Origin: a bacterium
GTDB taxonomy: Bacteria; UBA8248
NCBI GenBank assembly: GCA_965213685.1
Contig: CBDBZY010000044.1
Span: forward strand, 32,001 to 96,000
Length of the DNA stretch: 64,000 nt
Direction: 5' to 3'
Both the position numbers and the translations under genes were made by a program. The notes beneath the pieces were generated by a model. That model ran no database searches. It was not told the origin of the DNA and was given only the letters and a program-made list of their open reading frames with translations. Positions 10,127-20,628 of this stretch are shown piece by piece. Numbering within the stretch: the stretch's first letter is position 1; each line of letters begins with the position of its first letter.

Positions 10127-10382
10127 GTTCCTTCTCCTGTGCCCATGCGCTCGCGCGCAAATGGGACGCCGCCGCGGTTCATCGACCGATGCGGGACATG
10201 ATGCTTGCCCCCGGAGGATATTGCAATCGCAAAAGCGCAAGTCTCGGCGCGTCACGGCGCCACGTCGCGGCGCGCGCGGGAGGCGGGGGTCTTCCTTTTC
10301 TTGGGTGCGCCTTGCCTCCGCGCAAGCGTGGGGGCAGAATGGGGGGCGTGCTTTCTCCTCCGCGCATCAAGGGGTCGGGGAT

Positions 10383-11039
10383 ATGAACGGGTTCGCCAGG
10401 ATGTCCATCCTCTCCGCCGCGCTCCTCGCTCTCTGGACGGGCGGATGCGTGCCCGGGGCGTTTGTGGTGGGCCAAAACACCCTGGGCGTGCTGGTGGAGG
10501 ATCGTCCCCTGCTCCGGAAGATCGAGGATGCGAAGATCCATGCAAATCTGCTGAAAGAGTATTTTCGCGTCGACAGCGGCCTGCCGGTGGACGTGAATAC
10601 GAACGTGTGGGAGGGGCGGGTGCTGCTCACCGGCGTGGTGGATGCGGAGAGGAAGCGGGAGGCCGTTTTGCGCATCGCGGGGAGCGACCCGAGAATCCGC
10701 GCCGTGTATAACCATATCGTCATCGGCTCCCCGGACGAGGTGGAGCGCAGCCGCGCGGCGAATACGAGGCCGGCCGTGGAGCGCGACATCGTCAAAATCA
10801 GCCGAATCGCCAGCGACGCCTGGATAGAGGCCAAGCTCAACACCCAGTTCCTGGCGACGGATGGCGTGCATGCCGCGAATTACCGGTGGCAGTCCGTGCG
10901 AAACAAGGTCTACATCATCGGGCGGGCGAGAACGGAGATGGAAAAAAAGCTGATCGTTCAGATCATTCGCAGCACGAAGGGCGTGATTCACGTCCAGGAG
11001 CACATCCAGGTAAAGCCGGCTGCGGCGTCCGGCGTCTGA
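10383..11039 (+). CDS. BON-domain lipoprotein (DolP/YraP/OsmY-like)
   Basis: Signal peptide ending WTGGC; two BON repeats (EDAKIHANL..GRVLLTGVV; SDAWIEAKL..VYIIGRA..TKGV). Upstream TTGCCT-N17-CAGAAT promoter-like sequence. Confidence 0.85.
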   Translation: MNGFARMSILSAALLALWTGGCVPGAFVVGQNTLGVLVEDRPLLRKIEDAKIHANLLKEYFRVDSGLPVDVNTNVWEGRVLLTGVVDAERKREAVLRIAGSDPRIRAVYNHIVIGSPDEVERSRAANTRPAVERDIVKISRIASDAWIEAKLNTQFLATDGVHAANYRWQSVRNKVYIIGRARTEMEKKLIVQIIRSTKGVIHVQEHIQVKPAAASGV

Positions 11040-11070
11040 GAACTCTCCCCGGCCTGCGCTCCCCCATTCC

Positions 11071-12084
11071 ATGATTCGCTTGAGCGTCCTGGATCAATCC
11101 CCCATCCGCTCGGGAGGAACCGCGGCGGACGCCATCGGCGAGACCGTGCGGCTGGCCCAGGCCGCCGAACGCCTGGGCTATCACCGCTACTGGCTGGCGG
11201 AGCACCACAGCCACGGGGCTTTCGCGGGCGCGTCGCCCGAGGTGTTGATCGGCCAGATCGCCGCGACGACGCGCGCGATTCGCGTGGGCTCGGGCGGGGT
11301 GATGCTCAGCCACTACAGCCCGCTCAAGGTGGCCGAATCGTTCCGGGTGCTGGAGACGCTCCACCCGGGCCGCATCGATCTGGGGCTGGGCCGCGCCCCG
11401 GGGGCCGACCGGCTCACGTCCGCCGCCCTGGCGCCCGGCTCGGGCGGGTTTCGATATGACGATTTCCCGCAAAAGGTCTCCGACCTTCGCGGCTGGCTCG
11501 AGCAGTCGTTGCCGGAGGCGCATCCCTTCGCCCGCATACGCGCCATGCCCGCCGGGGAGACCGCGCCCGAGATGTGGCTCCTGGGCACCTCGGATCAAAG
11601 CGCGATCCTGGCCGCGCATTTTGGCTGCGCGTTTTCTTTCGCGCATTTCATCAACGCCCACGGCAGCGTCGAGGTGATGGACATGTACCGCAGGGATTTT
11701 CGGCCGTCCGCCCAACGGAAAGAGCCCGTGGGGAGCCTCGGCGTTTTCGTGATTTGCGCGCCAACCGAGGAGGAGGCGCTCTACCATGCGGCCAGCAGGC
11801 CTCTGGTGATGCTCAGGAGCCGCCGCGGCGAGGGGGGCGGCGTGCCCACGCCCGAGGAGGCGCTCGCCTATCCGTGGACGGAGGCGGAGCGCGCCTTCGC
11901 CCGGGAGATCAACAGCAGAACCATCGCGGGGGCACCGGAGCAGGTCGAGAAAACGCTGCGGGCGCTGGCGTCCGAGCACCGGGTCGAGGAGTTGGTCGTC
12001 GTGAACGTGATGCACAGCTTCGAGGCCAGGGTGAAATCCTACGCGCTTTTGGCGGAGGCGTTCGGGTTGCGGGGAAATCCGTAG
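11071..12084 (+). CDS. LLM-class flavin-dependent oxidoreductase (YhbW-like)
   Basis: LSVLDQSPI, RYWLAEHH, IRVGSGGVMLSHYSP and GRIDLGLGRAPG. Confidence 0.92.
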   Translation: MIRLSVLDQSPIRSGGTAADAIGETVRLAQAAERLGYHRYWLAEHHSHGAFAGASPEVLIGQIAATTRAIRVGSGGVMLSHYSPLKVAESFRVLETLHPGRIDLGLGRAPGADRLTSAALAPGSGGFRYDDFPQKVSDLRGWLEQSLPEAHPFARIRAMPAGETAPEMWLLGTSDQSAILAAHFGCAFSFAHFINAHGSVEVMDMYRRDFRPSAQRKEPVGSLGVFVICAPTEEEALYHAASRPLVMLRSRRGEGGGVPTPEEALAYPWTEAERAFAREINSRTIAGAPEQVEKTLRALASEHRVEELVVVNVMHSFEARVKSYALLAEAFGLRGNP

Positions 12085-12200
12085 CGCCTTCGACCCGAGG
12101 GGCGGATTCCGCTACCCTTGCGCTCTTTGTGCCTCCGGCGTCTGTTTTCCGCGTGCGCGCGCAGGGTTGTGCGCACTCTCACTTGTGAAAGGAGCAAACC

Positions 12201-12698
12201 GTGGCGCTTTCCGTGGTAATGACGACGAGCCGGGGCGAGATACGGCTCGACTTGCATGAGGACAAGGCGCCGGTGACGGTGGCGAGTTTCGTGAACCTCG
12301 CCCGGCGCGGCTTCTACGACGGTCTCGTTTTTCACCGCGTGATACCGGACTTCATGATTCAGGGAGGGTGTCCCCTGGGCGCGGGGACGGGCGGGCCCGG
12401 CTATCAGTTCGAGGATGAGTGCTCCCCCGATCTCCTCCATGACGGCCCGGGCGTCCTCTCGATGGCGAACGCGGGGCCGGGCACGAACGGCTCCCAGTTT
12501 TTCATCACCCACCTGCCCACCGCCTGGCTGGACGGCAAGCATACGGTGTTCGGGCGCGTCACCTCCGGCCAGGACGTGGTGGATGCGGTGGAGCAGGGCG
12601 ACGGGATCGAGAAGATCGAGATTGCGGGGGATGCGTCCGCGCTGTTCGAGGCCCAGGAGGAGCGGATCGCCGCCTGGAACAGGGTGCTGGACGGCTAG
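12201..12698 (+). CDS. Cyclophilin-type peptidyl-prolyl cis-trans isomerase
   Basis: [36 protein letters not shown] and LDGKHTVFG. Confidence 0.96.
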   Translation: MALSVVMTTSRGEIRLDLHEDKAPVTVASFVNLARRGFYDGLVFHRVIPDFMIQGGCPLGAGTGGPGYQFEDECSPDLLHDGPGVLSMANAGPGTNGSQFFITHLPTAWLDGKHTVFGRVTSGQDVVDAVEQGDGIEKIEIAGDASALFEAQEERIAAWNRVLDG

Positions 12699-12702
12699 GC
12701 GC

Positions 12703-14508
12703 TCAGGCGCGCTTTCTGGCCTTCAGCTTCGTTTTGCGCAGCCGGAAGACAGCGGGGGTGACCTCGAGGCACTCGCCCTCGCGCAGGAACTCGAGGGCCT
12801 GCTCGAGGCTGAGCCGCCTGGGCGGGACGAGCGGGGCGGAGACGTCGGCGCCGGCGGCCCGGATGTTGGTGAGCTTCTTCTCCTTGGCGATGTTCACGAA
12901 CATGTCCCCCTCCCGGCTGTTCTCGCCGATGATCATTCCCTCGTACACCTCCTCGGCGGGCGCGACGAAGAGGGTTCCGCGCTCCTGGATGTTCTCCGCC
13001 GCGTAGGAGGTGGTCCTGCCCGCGCGGTCTGACACGAGGGCGCCGGTCGGCCTGCCCGGCAGGTCGCCCGCCCATTCCCCCCATCCGGCGAAGACGTGGG
13101 TGAGGATGCCCGTGCCCCGGGTGTCGGTGAGGAACGCGCCGCGGTAGCCGATGAGGCCCCGGCTGGGAACCGAGAAATCGAGCCGCGCGCGCCCCTTGCC
13201 GTGGTTGATCATCCGGGTCATTCTGCCTTTGCGCACCCCCAGACTCTGGGTGACGGGCCCGATGAACTCCTCCGGCACGTCCGCCACCACGTCTTCGATA
13301 GGCTCCAGGGTCCTGCCGTTCTCCCTGCGCGTGATGACCTCGGGGCGGCCGACGGTGATCTCGTATTTCTCGCGCCGGAGTTGCTCGATCAGCACGGCGA
13401 GCTGCAACGCGCCGCGGCCGGACACGCGCAGGGTATCCGCCGCGCCGGTCTCCTCGACCCGAATGGCGACGTTGTCCCGCGCCTCGCGCAGGAGCCGTTC
13501 CCGGATCTGGCGGGAGGTGAGGTATTTTCCGCTGCGCCCCGCCAGGGGGGAGTCGTTGATCCGGAAACTCATGGCGATGGTGGGCGCATCCACCGAGATG
13601 GCCGGAAGCGGAACCGGGTTGTCCGCATCCGCGATGGTGTCCCCGATCTCCACGCCTCCGAGGCCGGCTACGGCCACGATGTCCCCTCCGCGCGCCTCGC
13701 GCATGGGGTGCCGCTCCAGCCCCCGATAGCCGAATACGGAGGCGACCTCCCCTCTCGTCTCGCGGCCCTCCCGGCCCAGGACGAGCGCGCGGCTCTTCGG
13801 GCGGAGCGCGCCGTTCCAGATGCGGCCGATGGCGAGGCGGCCCAGGTAGTTGTCGTATTCCAGGCGGGAGACGAGCATCTGAAGCGGCTTGCCCGCCTCG
13901 TGCGCGGGTGGGGGAATCGCGCCCCGGAGCGTCTGGAACAAGGGTGCGAGCGTGGAGGCGAGCGCATCCGGCCCGTGTCCGGCCCTGCCCTCCCGGGCGA
14001 TGGCGTAGAGGACGGGGAAATCCAGCTGGGCGTCCGTGGCCTCCAGGTCGATGAAGAGGTCATACACTTCGTCGAGAACCTGCGCCGGCCGCGCGTCCGC
14101 GCGGTCGATCTTGTTGATGACCACGACGAAGGGAAGCGCCCGCGCGAGTGCCTTGCTGACGACGAACCGCGTTTGCGGCAGAGGGCCTTCCGAGGCGTCG
14201 ACCAGCAGCATGACCCCGTCCACCATGGAGAGGACGCGCTCCACCTCGCCGCCGAAATCCGCATGCCCCGGCGTGTCCACGATGTTGTAGCGGACGCCCT
14301 GAAAGTCGATGGCGCAGTTTTTCGCCATGATGGTGATTCCCTTCTCGCGCTCCAGGTCCATGGAGTCGAGCACGCGCTCCGCCACGTCCTGCCCTTCGCG
14401 GAAGATGCCGCTTTGCCAGAGCATGGAGTCCACGAGGGTGGTTTTTCCGTGGTCGACGTGGGCGATGATGGCGAGATTTCTGAGGTCGGGTCGTTCCGTG
14501 GCGGCCAT
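12703..14508 (-). CDS. typA: Translational GTPase TypA/BipA
   Basis: Start ATG 14508; [36 protein letters not shown] and the BipA C-terminus ([22 protein letters not shown]). Confidence 0.96.
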   Translation of the reverse strand: MAATERPDLRNLAIIAHVDHGKTTLVDSMLWQSGIFREGQDVAERVLDSMDLEREKGITIMAKNCAIDFQGVRYNIVDTPGHADFGGEVERVLSMVDGVMLLVDASEGPLPQTRFVVSKALARALPFVVVINKIDRADARPAQVLDEVYDLFIDLEATDAQLDFPVLYAIAREGRAGHGPDALASTLAPLFQTLRGAIPPPAHEAGKPLQMLVSRLEYDNYLGRLAIGRIWNGALRPKSRALVLGREGRETRGEVASVFGYRGLERHPMREARGGDIVAVAGLGGVEIGDTIADADNPVPLPAISVDAPTIAMSFRINDSPLAGRSGKYLTSRQIRERLLREARDNVAIRVEETGAADTLRVSGRGALQLAVLIEQLRREKYEITVGRPEVITRRENGRTLEPIEDVVADVPEEFIGPVTQSLGVRKGRMTRMINHGKGRARLDFSVPSRGLIGYRGAFLTDTRGTGILTHVFAGWGEWAGDLPGRPTGALVSDRAGRTTSYAAENIQERGTLFVAPAEEVYEGMIIGENSREGDMFVNIAKEKKLTNIRAAGADVSAPLVPPRRLSLEQALEFLREGECLEVTPAVFRLRKTKLKARKRA

Positions 14509-14708
14509 GTCGTCCTCGCGTCGGGTTTCGCGCCGCGCCCGGGGCCGCGCCCCGAAGCGCGGGGATGATGGCGGAATCGGGCGGCGATGGCAAGAGGAGG
14601 GGGGCGTTTCGCATGGCGCGCGCGGGGTGTCGGGAAGCCGCAAATGGGGTACCATGACGGTGCGCGTTCCCCCCCTTCTTCCTCGATGACGCAGCCGGGA
14701 GGCCCAAC

Positions 14709-15908
14709 GTGAAAATTTCCTTTTTCATGATGCCGATTCATCACCCCTCCGAGAATCCCTCGCTTGCCTATGAGCGCGATATCGCCCTCATCGAATACGC
14801 CGACTCCCTGGATTTCGACGAGTTTTATATCGGGGAGCACCACTCCGGAGGCTGGGAGACGATTCCCGCACCGGAGATGGCCCTCGCCATGGCCGCCGCC
14901 CGGGCGAAGCGCATTCGTCTGGGCACTTCGGTGATCAGCGTTCCGTATCATCACCCGTTTCATCTGGCGGAGCGGATGGCGTTCCTGGACCAGCTCACGC
15001 GGGGGCGCGTGATCTTCGGGGTGGGGCCGAGCAACCTGGTGAGCGACATCAAGCTGTTCGACATCCCGCCGGGCGACCTGCGCCCGATGATGCGCGAGTC
15101 GGTGGACATCATCGTCCGGCTGCTGGAATCGCCCGAGCCGTTTGATTATGAGGGGCGGTTCTGGAAATTGCGGAACGTGTGCCTCCAGGTGCGCTCCTAC
15201 CAAAATCCGAGGATGCCGCTTGCCATCGCGTCGGCGGGAAGCCGGGGGGCCATCGACCTGGCCGCTCGATACGGGATGATCCTGCTTTCCTTCGGCGGCG
15301 AGAAAATCGGGGAGAACCTCGCCCTCTCCGAGCAGTGGCCCTACATGGAGGAGTGCGCGCGGAGACACGGCACGCGGGTGTCCCGCGAGAACTGGCGAAT
15401 CACCACGCACCTCCATCTTGCCGAAAGCCGCGAGAAAGCCTGGGCCGACATCGAGGAGTGCGCCTTGCGGGACATCAACTACTTCATGGAGATCGGCCTG
15501 AAGGCGGCCTACGAGGCGTATCCGGGTCAGCCGCGCTCGGAGATTACGCTGCGCTCGGCCGCGGCGCAGAGACACTGGATAGTGGGCACCCCGGACGACG
15601 CCATCGAGATAATCGGGAAAATGCAGGAGGAGACGGGCGGGTTCGGCGGCCTCATGCTCACGACGCATGAATGGGTGGGCGATCAGAAAATTCGCGCCTC
15701 GCTGGAGTTGTTCGCGCGATACGTCATGCCGCACTTCCGGGGACATGCGCGGGACTTGCAGAATGCGTGGAGCCGAATGCAGGGGGAGGTGGCGCGGGGA
15801 GAGATGCCCCCGCAAGGAGGGACGCCCTCCTGGGAAACGCCCGGTTGGGAGGGGCACCGGAGCAATCTGTTCACCCATCCGCCGGAGGATGGGGGTTTTC
15901 CCGGGTAG
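14709..15908 (+). CDS. LLM-class flavin-dependent monooxygenase (limonene monooxygenase-like)
   Basis: [39 protein letters not shown] and [13 protein letters not shown]. Confidence 0.85.
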   Translation: MKISFFMMPIHHPSENPSLAYERDIALIEYADSLDFDEFYIGEHHSGGWETIPAPEMALAMAAARAKRIRLGTSVISVPYHHPFHLAERMAFLDQLTRGRVIFGVGPSNLVSDIKLFDIPPGDLRPMMRESVDIIVRLLESPEPFDYEGRFWKLRNVCLQVRSYQNPRMPLAIASAGSRGAIDLAARYGMILLSFGGEKIGENLALSEQWPYMEECARRHGTRVSRENWRITTHLHLAESREKAWADIEECALRDINYFMEIGLKAAYEAYPGQPRSEITLRSAAAQRHWIVGTPDDAIEIIGKMQEETGGFGGLMLTTHEWVGDQKIRASLELFARYVMPHFRGHARDLQNAWSRMQGEVARGEMPPQGGTPSWETPGWEGHRSNLFTHPPEDGGFPG

Positions 15909-16057
15909 GGAGCGGGCGGACGCGCGGAAGCCGGCCCCCGGCTTGCGAGGAAGGCGGTGACGCCCGGGCTTCCGGACTTGTGGTATGGTGAGAGATTGCG
16001 GGAGGACTGGATGCGAACGCATGGATGGATGTTGCGCGAACGCGAGGCTTGGGGAGA

Positions 16058-16978
16058 ATGAGCGTTACCTTTTTCCGTGAGGTGCCGGACGCCAGGGATC
16101 CGCTGCTCGTGATGGCGTTCTCCGGTTGGAACGACGCGGCGGAATCCGCGACGGCGGCGGCCCGCTACCTGGTCCAGCGCTTTCAGGGGGAGCGGGTGGC
16201 GCGGATTGCGTCGGGTGATTTTTTCCAGTTCTCCGACGAGAGGCCGACCGTGCAGCTCGACGAATCGGGCGAGCGGCGCATGACGTGGCCGTCGAACGAG
16301 TTTTTCTATTGCCGCGCGCCGGGCCTCGCGCGCGACCTGATCGTCGGGGTCGGGGCCGAGCCGCATTTGCGATGGAAGCGGTTCAGCCGCGACGTCCTGG
16401 ACATAGGGGAGCGTTACGGCGCGCGAATGGGCGTGACGATGGGGGCGTTGCTCGCGGGCGACCTGCATACCCAGCCCAGCCATTTGATGGCCATCGCCAC
16501 CGACCCGGCGCTGATAGAGCCCGCCGGCGTGGAGACGACGCGCTATGAGGGGCCTACGGGAATCGTGGGCGTCATCCACACGCTCATGCAGGACGAGGGG
16601 CTCCCGGCGGTGAGCTTGTGGGCGAACGTGCCGCACTACATCGCGTCGCTGTTCAATCCGAAGGCCACGCGCACCCTCTTGGAGAGCCTGGGCGTCGTGG
16701 GGCGCTTCGAAATCTCCCTGGAGGATTTTGACGCCGCCATCCAGACGTTTCACGAGCGCGCGGAGCAGGTCATCGCCAGCGACCCGCGCATCGCCAAGTA
16801 TGTGCGGGATATGCAAAGGGGCCGGATTCCCGACGATGGCTCCGGGCGGGAGCTGGAGGACGCGCTTCTGGACCCCGAACCAGAAGAGACGGAAGAGAGG
16901 CTGCCCCCGGGCGCCGAGGTGGCTGACGAGATAGAGCGCCTGTTGCGGAGAAGACGCGGCGGGCCGGAGTCCGGCTGA
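16058..16978 (+). CDS. PAC2 (proteasome assembly chaperone-like) family protein
   Basis: AFSGWNDAAESA, EPHLRWKRF, YEGPTGIVG and SLWANVPHY; ATG 16058 after GGGGAG. Confidence 0.85.
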   Translation: MSVTFFREVPDARDPLLVMAFSGWNDAAESATAAARYLVQRFQGERVARIASGDFFQFSDERPTVQLDESGERRMTWPSNEFFYCRAPGLARDLIVGVGAEPHLRWKRFSRDVLDIGERYGARMGVTMGALLAGDLHTQPSHLMAIATDPALIEPAGVETTRYEGPTGIVGVIHTLMQDEGLPAVSLWANVPHYIASLFNPKATRTLLESLGVVGRFEISLEDFDAAIQTFHERAEQVIASDPRIAKYVRDMQRGRIPDDGSGRELEDALLDPEPEETEERLPPGAEVADEIERLLRRRRGGPESG

Positions 16979-17071
16979 GCCGGCGGCTGCCGTTGCAGGG
17001 CGCCCCAGCAATCGCACACCCCGCATGTTCATACGCCATGCGCACGGATTTCCCATGAGCGGAGGTCAGGA

Positions 17072-19402
17072 ATGTCAGAACGCTTCTATCAGCAGATGTT
17101 TGGCGGGCCGGATGATGACGGGGACCTCATCGGCGCGGACGTCCCCCGGGTGGACGGCCCGCCCAAGGCGGACGGCTCGCCGGTGTTCGCCGCGGACCAC
17201 AAGCTGGTCAACCCGCTGTATGTCGTTCCCGTCACGGCGCCCATCGCGTGCGGAACGCTGGAGCGAATCGACACGGCGGCGGCGGAGCGCGCGCCGGGCG
17301 TCGCCTGCGTCCTGACCGCAAAGGACATTCCGGGAGAGAAACTCTACGGGATGCTGGTCGCCGATCAGCCCGCCCTGGTGGAGGAGCGCATTTATTCCCT
17401 CCAGGACGTGGTGGCCGTCGTCGCGGCGGACACCCTGGAGCAGGCGGAGTTCGCCGCCGGGCTGGTCGGGATGAGGACGAAGGAGCTCCCCGCCGTTTTT
17501 GACGCGCAAGACGCCCTGCAGGAGGGCGCCCCCATCGTCCGGGAGGAGCACCCCATGGCGAAGGGTAACGTGCTCACCCACCTGAAGATACGAAAAGGCG
17601 ACGTGGAGCAAGGCTTCGCCGAGGCGGACGTGATACTCGAGAACACCTATGAGACCCAGTTCATCGATCACGCCTACCTCGAACCCGACGCGGGCTACGT
17701 GGTTCCCCATCCCGATGGCTCCATCTCCTGTACGGGGCCTACCCAGTGCCCGCACATGGTGCGGCGCGTCATCGCTCCGGTGCTGGGGCTGGGACAAAAC
17801 GAGATTCAGTTCGTCTCCACGCCGCCGGGCGGCGGCTTCGGCGGAAAGGAGGAGACCTCCATAGAAATCGCCATGCGGGCGGGCCTGGTCGCACTCAAGA
17901 CGGGTCGCCCCGCCATCTACAATTACACGAGGGAGGAATCCCTCGGCGGGAAGGCGAAGCGGATTCCCGCGGTGATCCGCCATAAAATCGGCGCCCGGAA
18001 AAACGGCGAGATCACCGCCATGCGCATCCACATTTACCTCAACAAGGGCCCCTACGCCGCGGTGGGCCCCGGCATCATCAAGAAGCTCATCATCCACTCC
18101 TCCGGGGCGTATGAATGCGAAAACGTCTGGGCCGACGGCTACCTCGTGCTCACGAACAACATCAACACGTGCGCCATGCGAGGCCTGGGGGTTCCGCAGG
18201 TGCACTTCGCGGTAGAGAGCCAGATGGACGAGCTGTCCCTCGCCCTGGGGATGGACCCCTTCGCGCTGCGGCGGTTGAACGGCTACAAGGTCGGCTCCTC
18301 CACCGCGACCCGCCAGGTGCTGGACCAGAGCGTGGGCTACATGGATTGTCTCGATGAGGCGGAGAAGGCGCTTGGGCCGCATCCGCGGGAGGGGGCGAAC
18401 GGCGACGGCCTGCTGCATGGCCGCGGGATGGCGGGATTCTGGTATTCCACCGGCGCGGCGGCACCCTCGGATTCGTGCGGCGCGCAGGTGCACGTCACCG
18501 ATGACGGAAAAGTGCAGGTCGGGGTCGGCATCATCGAACTCGGGCAGGGCGCCCACACGGTGCTCGCCCAGATAGCGGCCGAGGCCATGGGCGTGCGGAT
18601 GGAGGATGTGCGCATCATGCAGGTGGATACCGACGCCGTTCCGGAGAGCGGCTTCACGGCGGGGTCGCGCTCCACCACGATTCCCGGCAACGCGATATGC
18701 GAGGCCATCGCGGAGGTGCGGGGCGTCCTCTCCCCCGTGGCGGCGGAGATGCTCGAGGGCCCGGCGGAGGACGTGGCTTTCCGGAATGGCAGGGTGTTCA
18801 TCCGGAGCGCGCCCGAGCGTTCGCTCCCCTTCGGCGCGGTGGTCTCCCAGGCGCTTTTGGTGGGCAAGCAGATCACCGGCCAGGGATGGTTCACCACGGG
18901 GCCCTTGACCTTCAACCCCGAGACCGGCGAGGGAGAGCCGTTCATTGTCTACAGCTATGGCGTGCAGGTGGCGGACGTGGCGGTTGACCCGAGCACGGGC
19001 GAGGTTTGGGTGAGGCGGGTGGTCGCCGCCCATGACGTGGGGCGGGCCATCAACCCCCAGGGGGTGGCCGGACAGATAGAGGGCGGCATCGAAATGGGGA
19101 TCGGCCAGGCGCTCATCGAGGAGGTCGACGTGCATGAGGGCCGCGTGCTCACGCCCGACCTGGCGCGCTATGAGATTCCCGTTTCGATGGACACGCCGGA
19201 GATAGCGACCATCATCGTGGAGCAGGCCAACGCGACGGGCCCCTACGGCGCCAAAGGGGTGGGGGAGAGCGCGCTGGTCCCCACCCTGGCCGCGATTTCC
19301 AACGCCGTGCGGGACGCCGTCGGCCACCGCTTCACCAGGCTTCCCATCACGCCGGAGAGCGTCGCCATGGCCATGCACAAGGCGGGCGTCGAAGTCGCCT
19401 AG
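17072..19402 (+). CDS. Xanthine dehydrogenase-family molybdopterin-binding subunit
   Basis: HAYLEP, GGGFGGKE, AMRGLGVPQ, ELGQG, HDVGRAINP and GAKGVGE. Confidence 0.92.
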   Translation: MSERFYQQMFGGPDDDGDLIGADVPRVDGPPKADGSPVFAADHKLVNPLYVVPVTAPIACGTLERIDTAAAERAPGVACVLTAKDIPGEKLYGMLVADQPALVEERIYSLQDVVAVVAADTLEQAEFAAGLVGMRTKELPAVFDAQDALQEGAPIVREEHPMAKGNVLTHLKIRKGDVEQGFAEADVILENTYETQFIDHAYLEPDAGYVVPHPDGSISCTGPTQCPHMVRRVIAPVLGLGQNEIQFVSTPPGGGFGGKEETSIEIAMRAGLVALKTGRPAIYNYTREESLGGKAKRIPAVIRHKIGARKNGEITAMRIHIYLNKGPYAAVGPGIIKKLIIHSSGAYECENVWADGYLVLTNNINTCAMRGLGVPQVHFAVESQMDELSLALGMDPFALRRLNGYKVGSSTATRQVLDQSVGYMDCLDEAEKALGPHPREGANGDGLLHGRGMAGFWYSTGAAAPSDSCGAQVHVTDDGKVQVGVGIIELGQGAHTVLAQIAAEAMGVRMEDVRIMQVDTDAVPESGFTAGSRSTTIPGNAICEAIAEVRGVLSPVAAEMLEGPAEDVAFRNGRVFIRSAPERSLPFGAVVSQALLVGKQITGQGWFTTGPLTFNPETGEGEPFIVYSYGVQVADVAVDPSTGEVWVRRVVAAHDVGRAINPQGVAGQIEGGIEMGIGQALIEEVDVHEGRVLTPDLARYEIPVSMDTPEIATIIVEQANATGPYGAKGVGESALVPTLAAISNAVRDAVGHRFTRLPITPESVAMAMHKAGVEVA

Positions 19403-19425
19403 CCGTCGGGAAAACCGGACGCGCC

Positions 19426-19447
19426 GGGGGGGGGGGGGGGGGGGGGG
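19426..19447 (+). repeat. G22 homopolymer
   Basis: 22 consecutive G in the intergenic region before the nucleotidyltransferase. Confidence 0.9.
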
Positions 19448-19512
19448 CGGCTCTGTTTCGCTCGTAGCAGGGGCGTCGGGCCTGGCTTTCGGCGGCGCGG
19501 GAGGGGCGCGCG

Positions 19513-20580
19513 ATGCGGGCGTTTGTGATGGCGGCCGGCTACGGCAAAAGGCTCCGGGGCCTGGGGGAGGAGATTCCCAAGCCGCTCTTGCCCCTGGGCG
19601 GCGTGCCGCTCATCGGCTTTGCGCTGGAGAAGCTGGCGGGGGCCGGCGTGCGGGAGGCGGCGGTCAACCTGCATCATGGCGCGGAGAGGATTCGCTCCGC
19701 CCTGGGCGATGAGGCGCACGGCGTCCGGATTCGCTATTTCCATGAGCCTGAGATTCTGGGCACCGCCGGCGGGCTCAAGAACGCCGAGGCGTTTTTGCGC
19801 GTCGGGGGCGCGCCTTTTCTCGTCATCAACGCGGACGCTCCCTCCGGAGCGGATTTTCAGGCGGCGCTGGCGCATCATCGGGCGGGCGATTTTCTCGCCA
19901 CCCTCATTCTCCGGGACTCCCCCGAGGTCGAAAAATACGGCCCGCTCGAGTTGGATGAAGCCGGACGCCTGCGAACGTTCCTGGGCGCGCGCGCGCCGGG
20001 GGCGCCGCAGGGCGCGCTGCGCCGGGCGATGTTCACCGGGTTGAGCGTCATGTCTCCCGAGTTGTTGCGGCATATCCCCCGGGGGGTCGCTTCGGGCATT
20101 TCGAAGGAGGTGTATCCCCGGCTGATGAGGGACGGCGCGCGGATCGGCGCGGTCCTCAGCGATTCCTACTGGATGGACGCCGGCACCCCGTCGCGGTATT
20201 TGCAGGCGAACCTGGATGTCGCCTCGGGCGCGTTCGTGCCGGATTTTCTCTGGCCGCCGCAAGGGTTTTTGGCGCTGGAGGGCCCCCCCATGGAGTGGGG
20301 GGAGGGGAGCGTCGAGCCCCCCCTGCTCATCGGCGCCGACGTGGACATACGGAAAAACGCCAAGGCGGGGCCCTTCACTGTGCTCATGGGGGGTGCTACC
20401 CTGGAGGGCGGCGCCGCCGCGCGCGAATCCCTCGTCTTTCCGGGCGGGACCGTCGCGCAGAACGTCGCCTTGCGAAGATGTATCGTCGGGCCGGGCGCCG
20501 TGGCGTCCGCGCGCGGCGGGCAAGTCCGCGCGACGGTTTTTCTCCGCCGGCGCGGGCGGTACGAAATGGGTTGCGCCTGA
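19513..20580 (+). CDS. NDP-sugar pyrophosphorylase / nucleotidyltransferase (mannose-1-phosphate guanylyltransferase or MurU-like)
   Basis: AFVMAAGYGKRLR..PKPLLP, EPEILGTAGG, YWMDAGTP and a C-terminal left-handed beta-helix-like segment. Confidence 0.88.
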   Translation: MRAFVMAAGYGKRLRGLGEEIPKPLLPLGGVPLIGFALEKLAGAGVREAAVNLHHGAERIRSALGDEAHGVRIRYFHEPEILGTAGGLKNAEAFLRVGGAPFLVINADAPSGADFQAALAHHRAGDFLATLILRDSPEVEKYGPLELDEAGRLRTFLGARAPGAPQGALRRAMFTGLSVMSPELLRHIPRGVASGISKEVYPRLMRDGARIGAVLSDSYWMDAGTPSRYLQANLDVASGAFVPDFLWPPQGFLALEGPPMEWGEGSVEPPLLIGADVDIRKNAKAGPFTVLMGGATLEGGAAARESLVFPGGTVAQNVALRRCIVGPGAVASARGGQVRATVFLRRRGRYEMGCA

Positions 20581-20628
20581 ACCGGGGGGAAGCCCCGCGT
20601 CCGAAGAAATCCGAAGAAGGAGCGCGCG

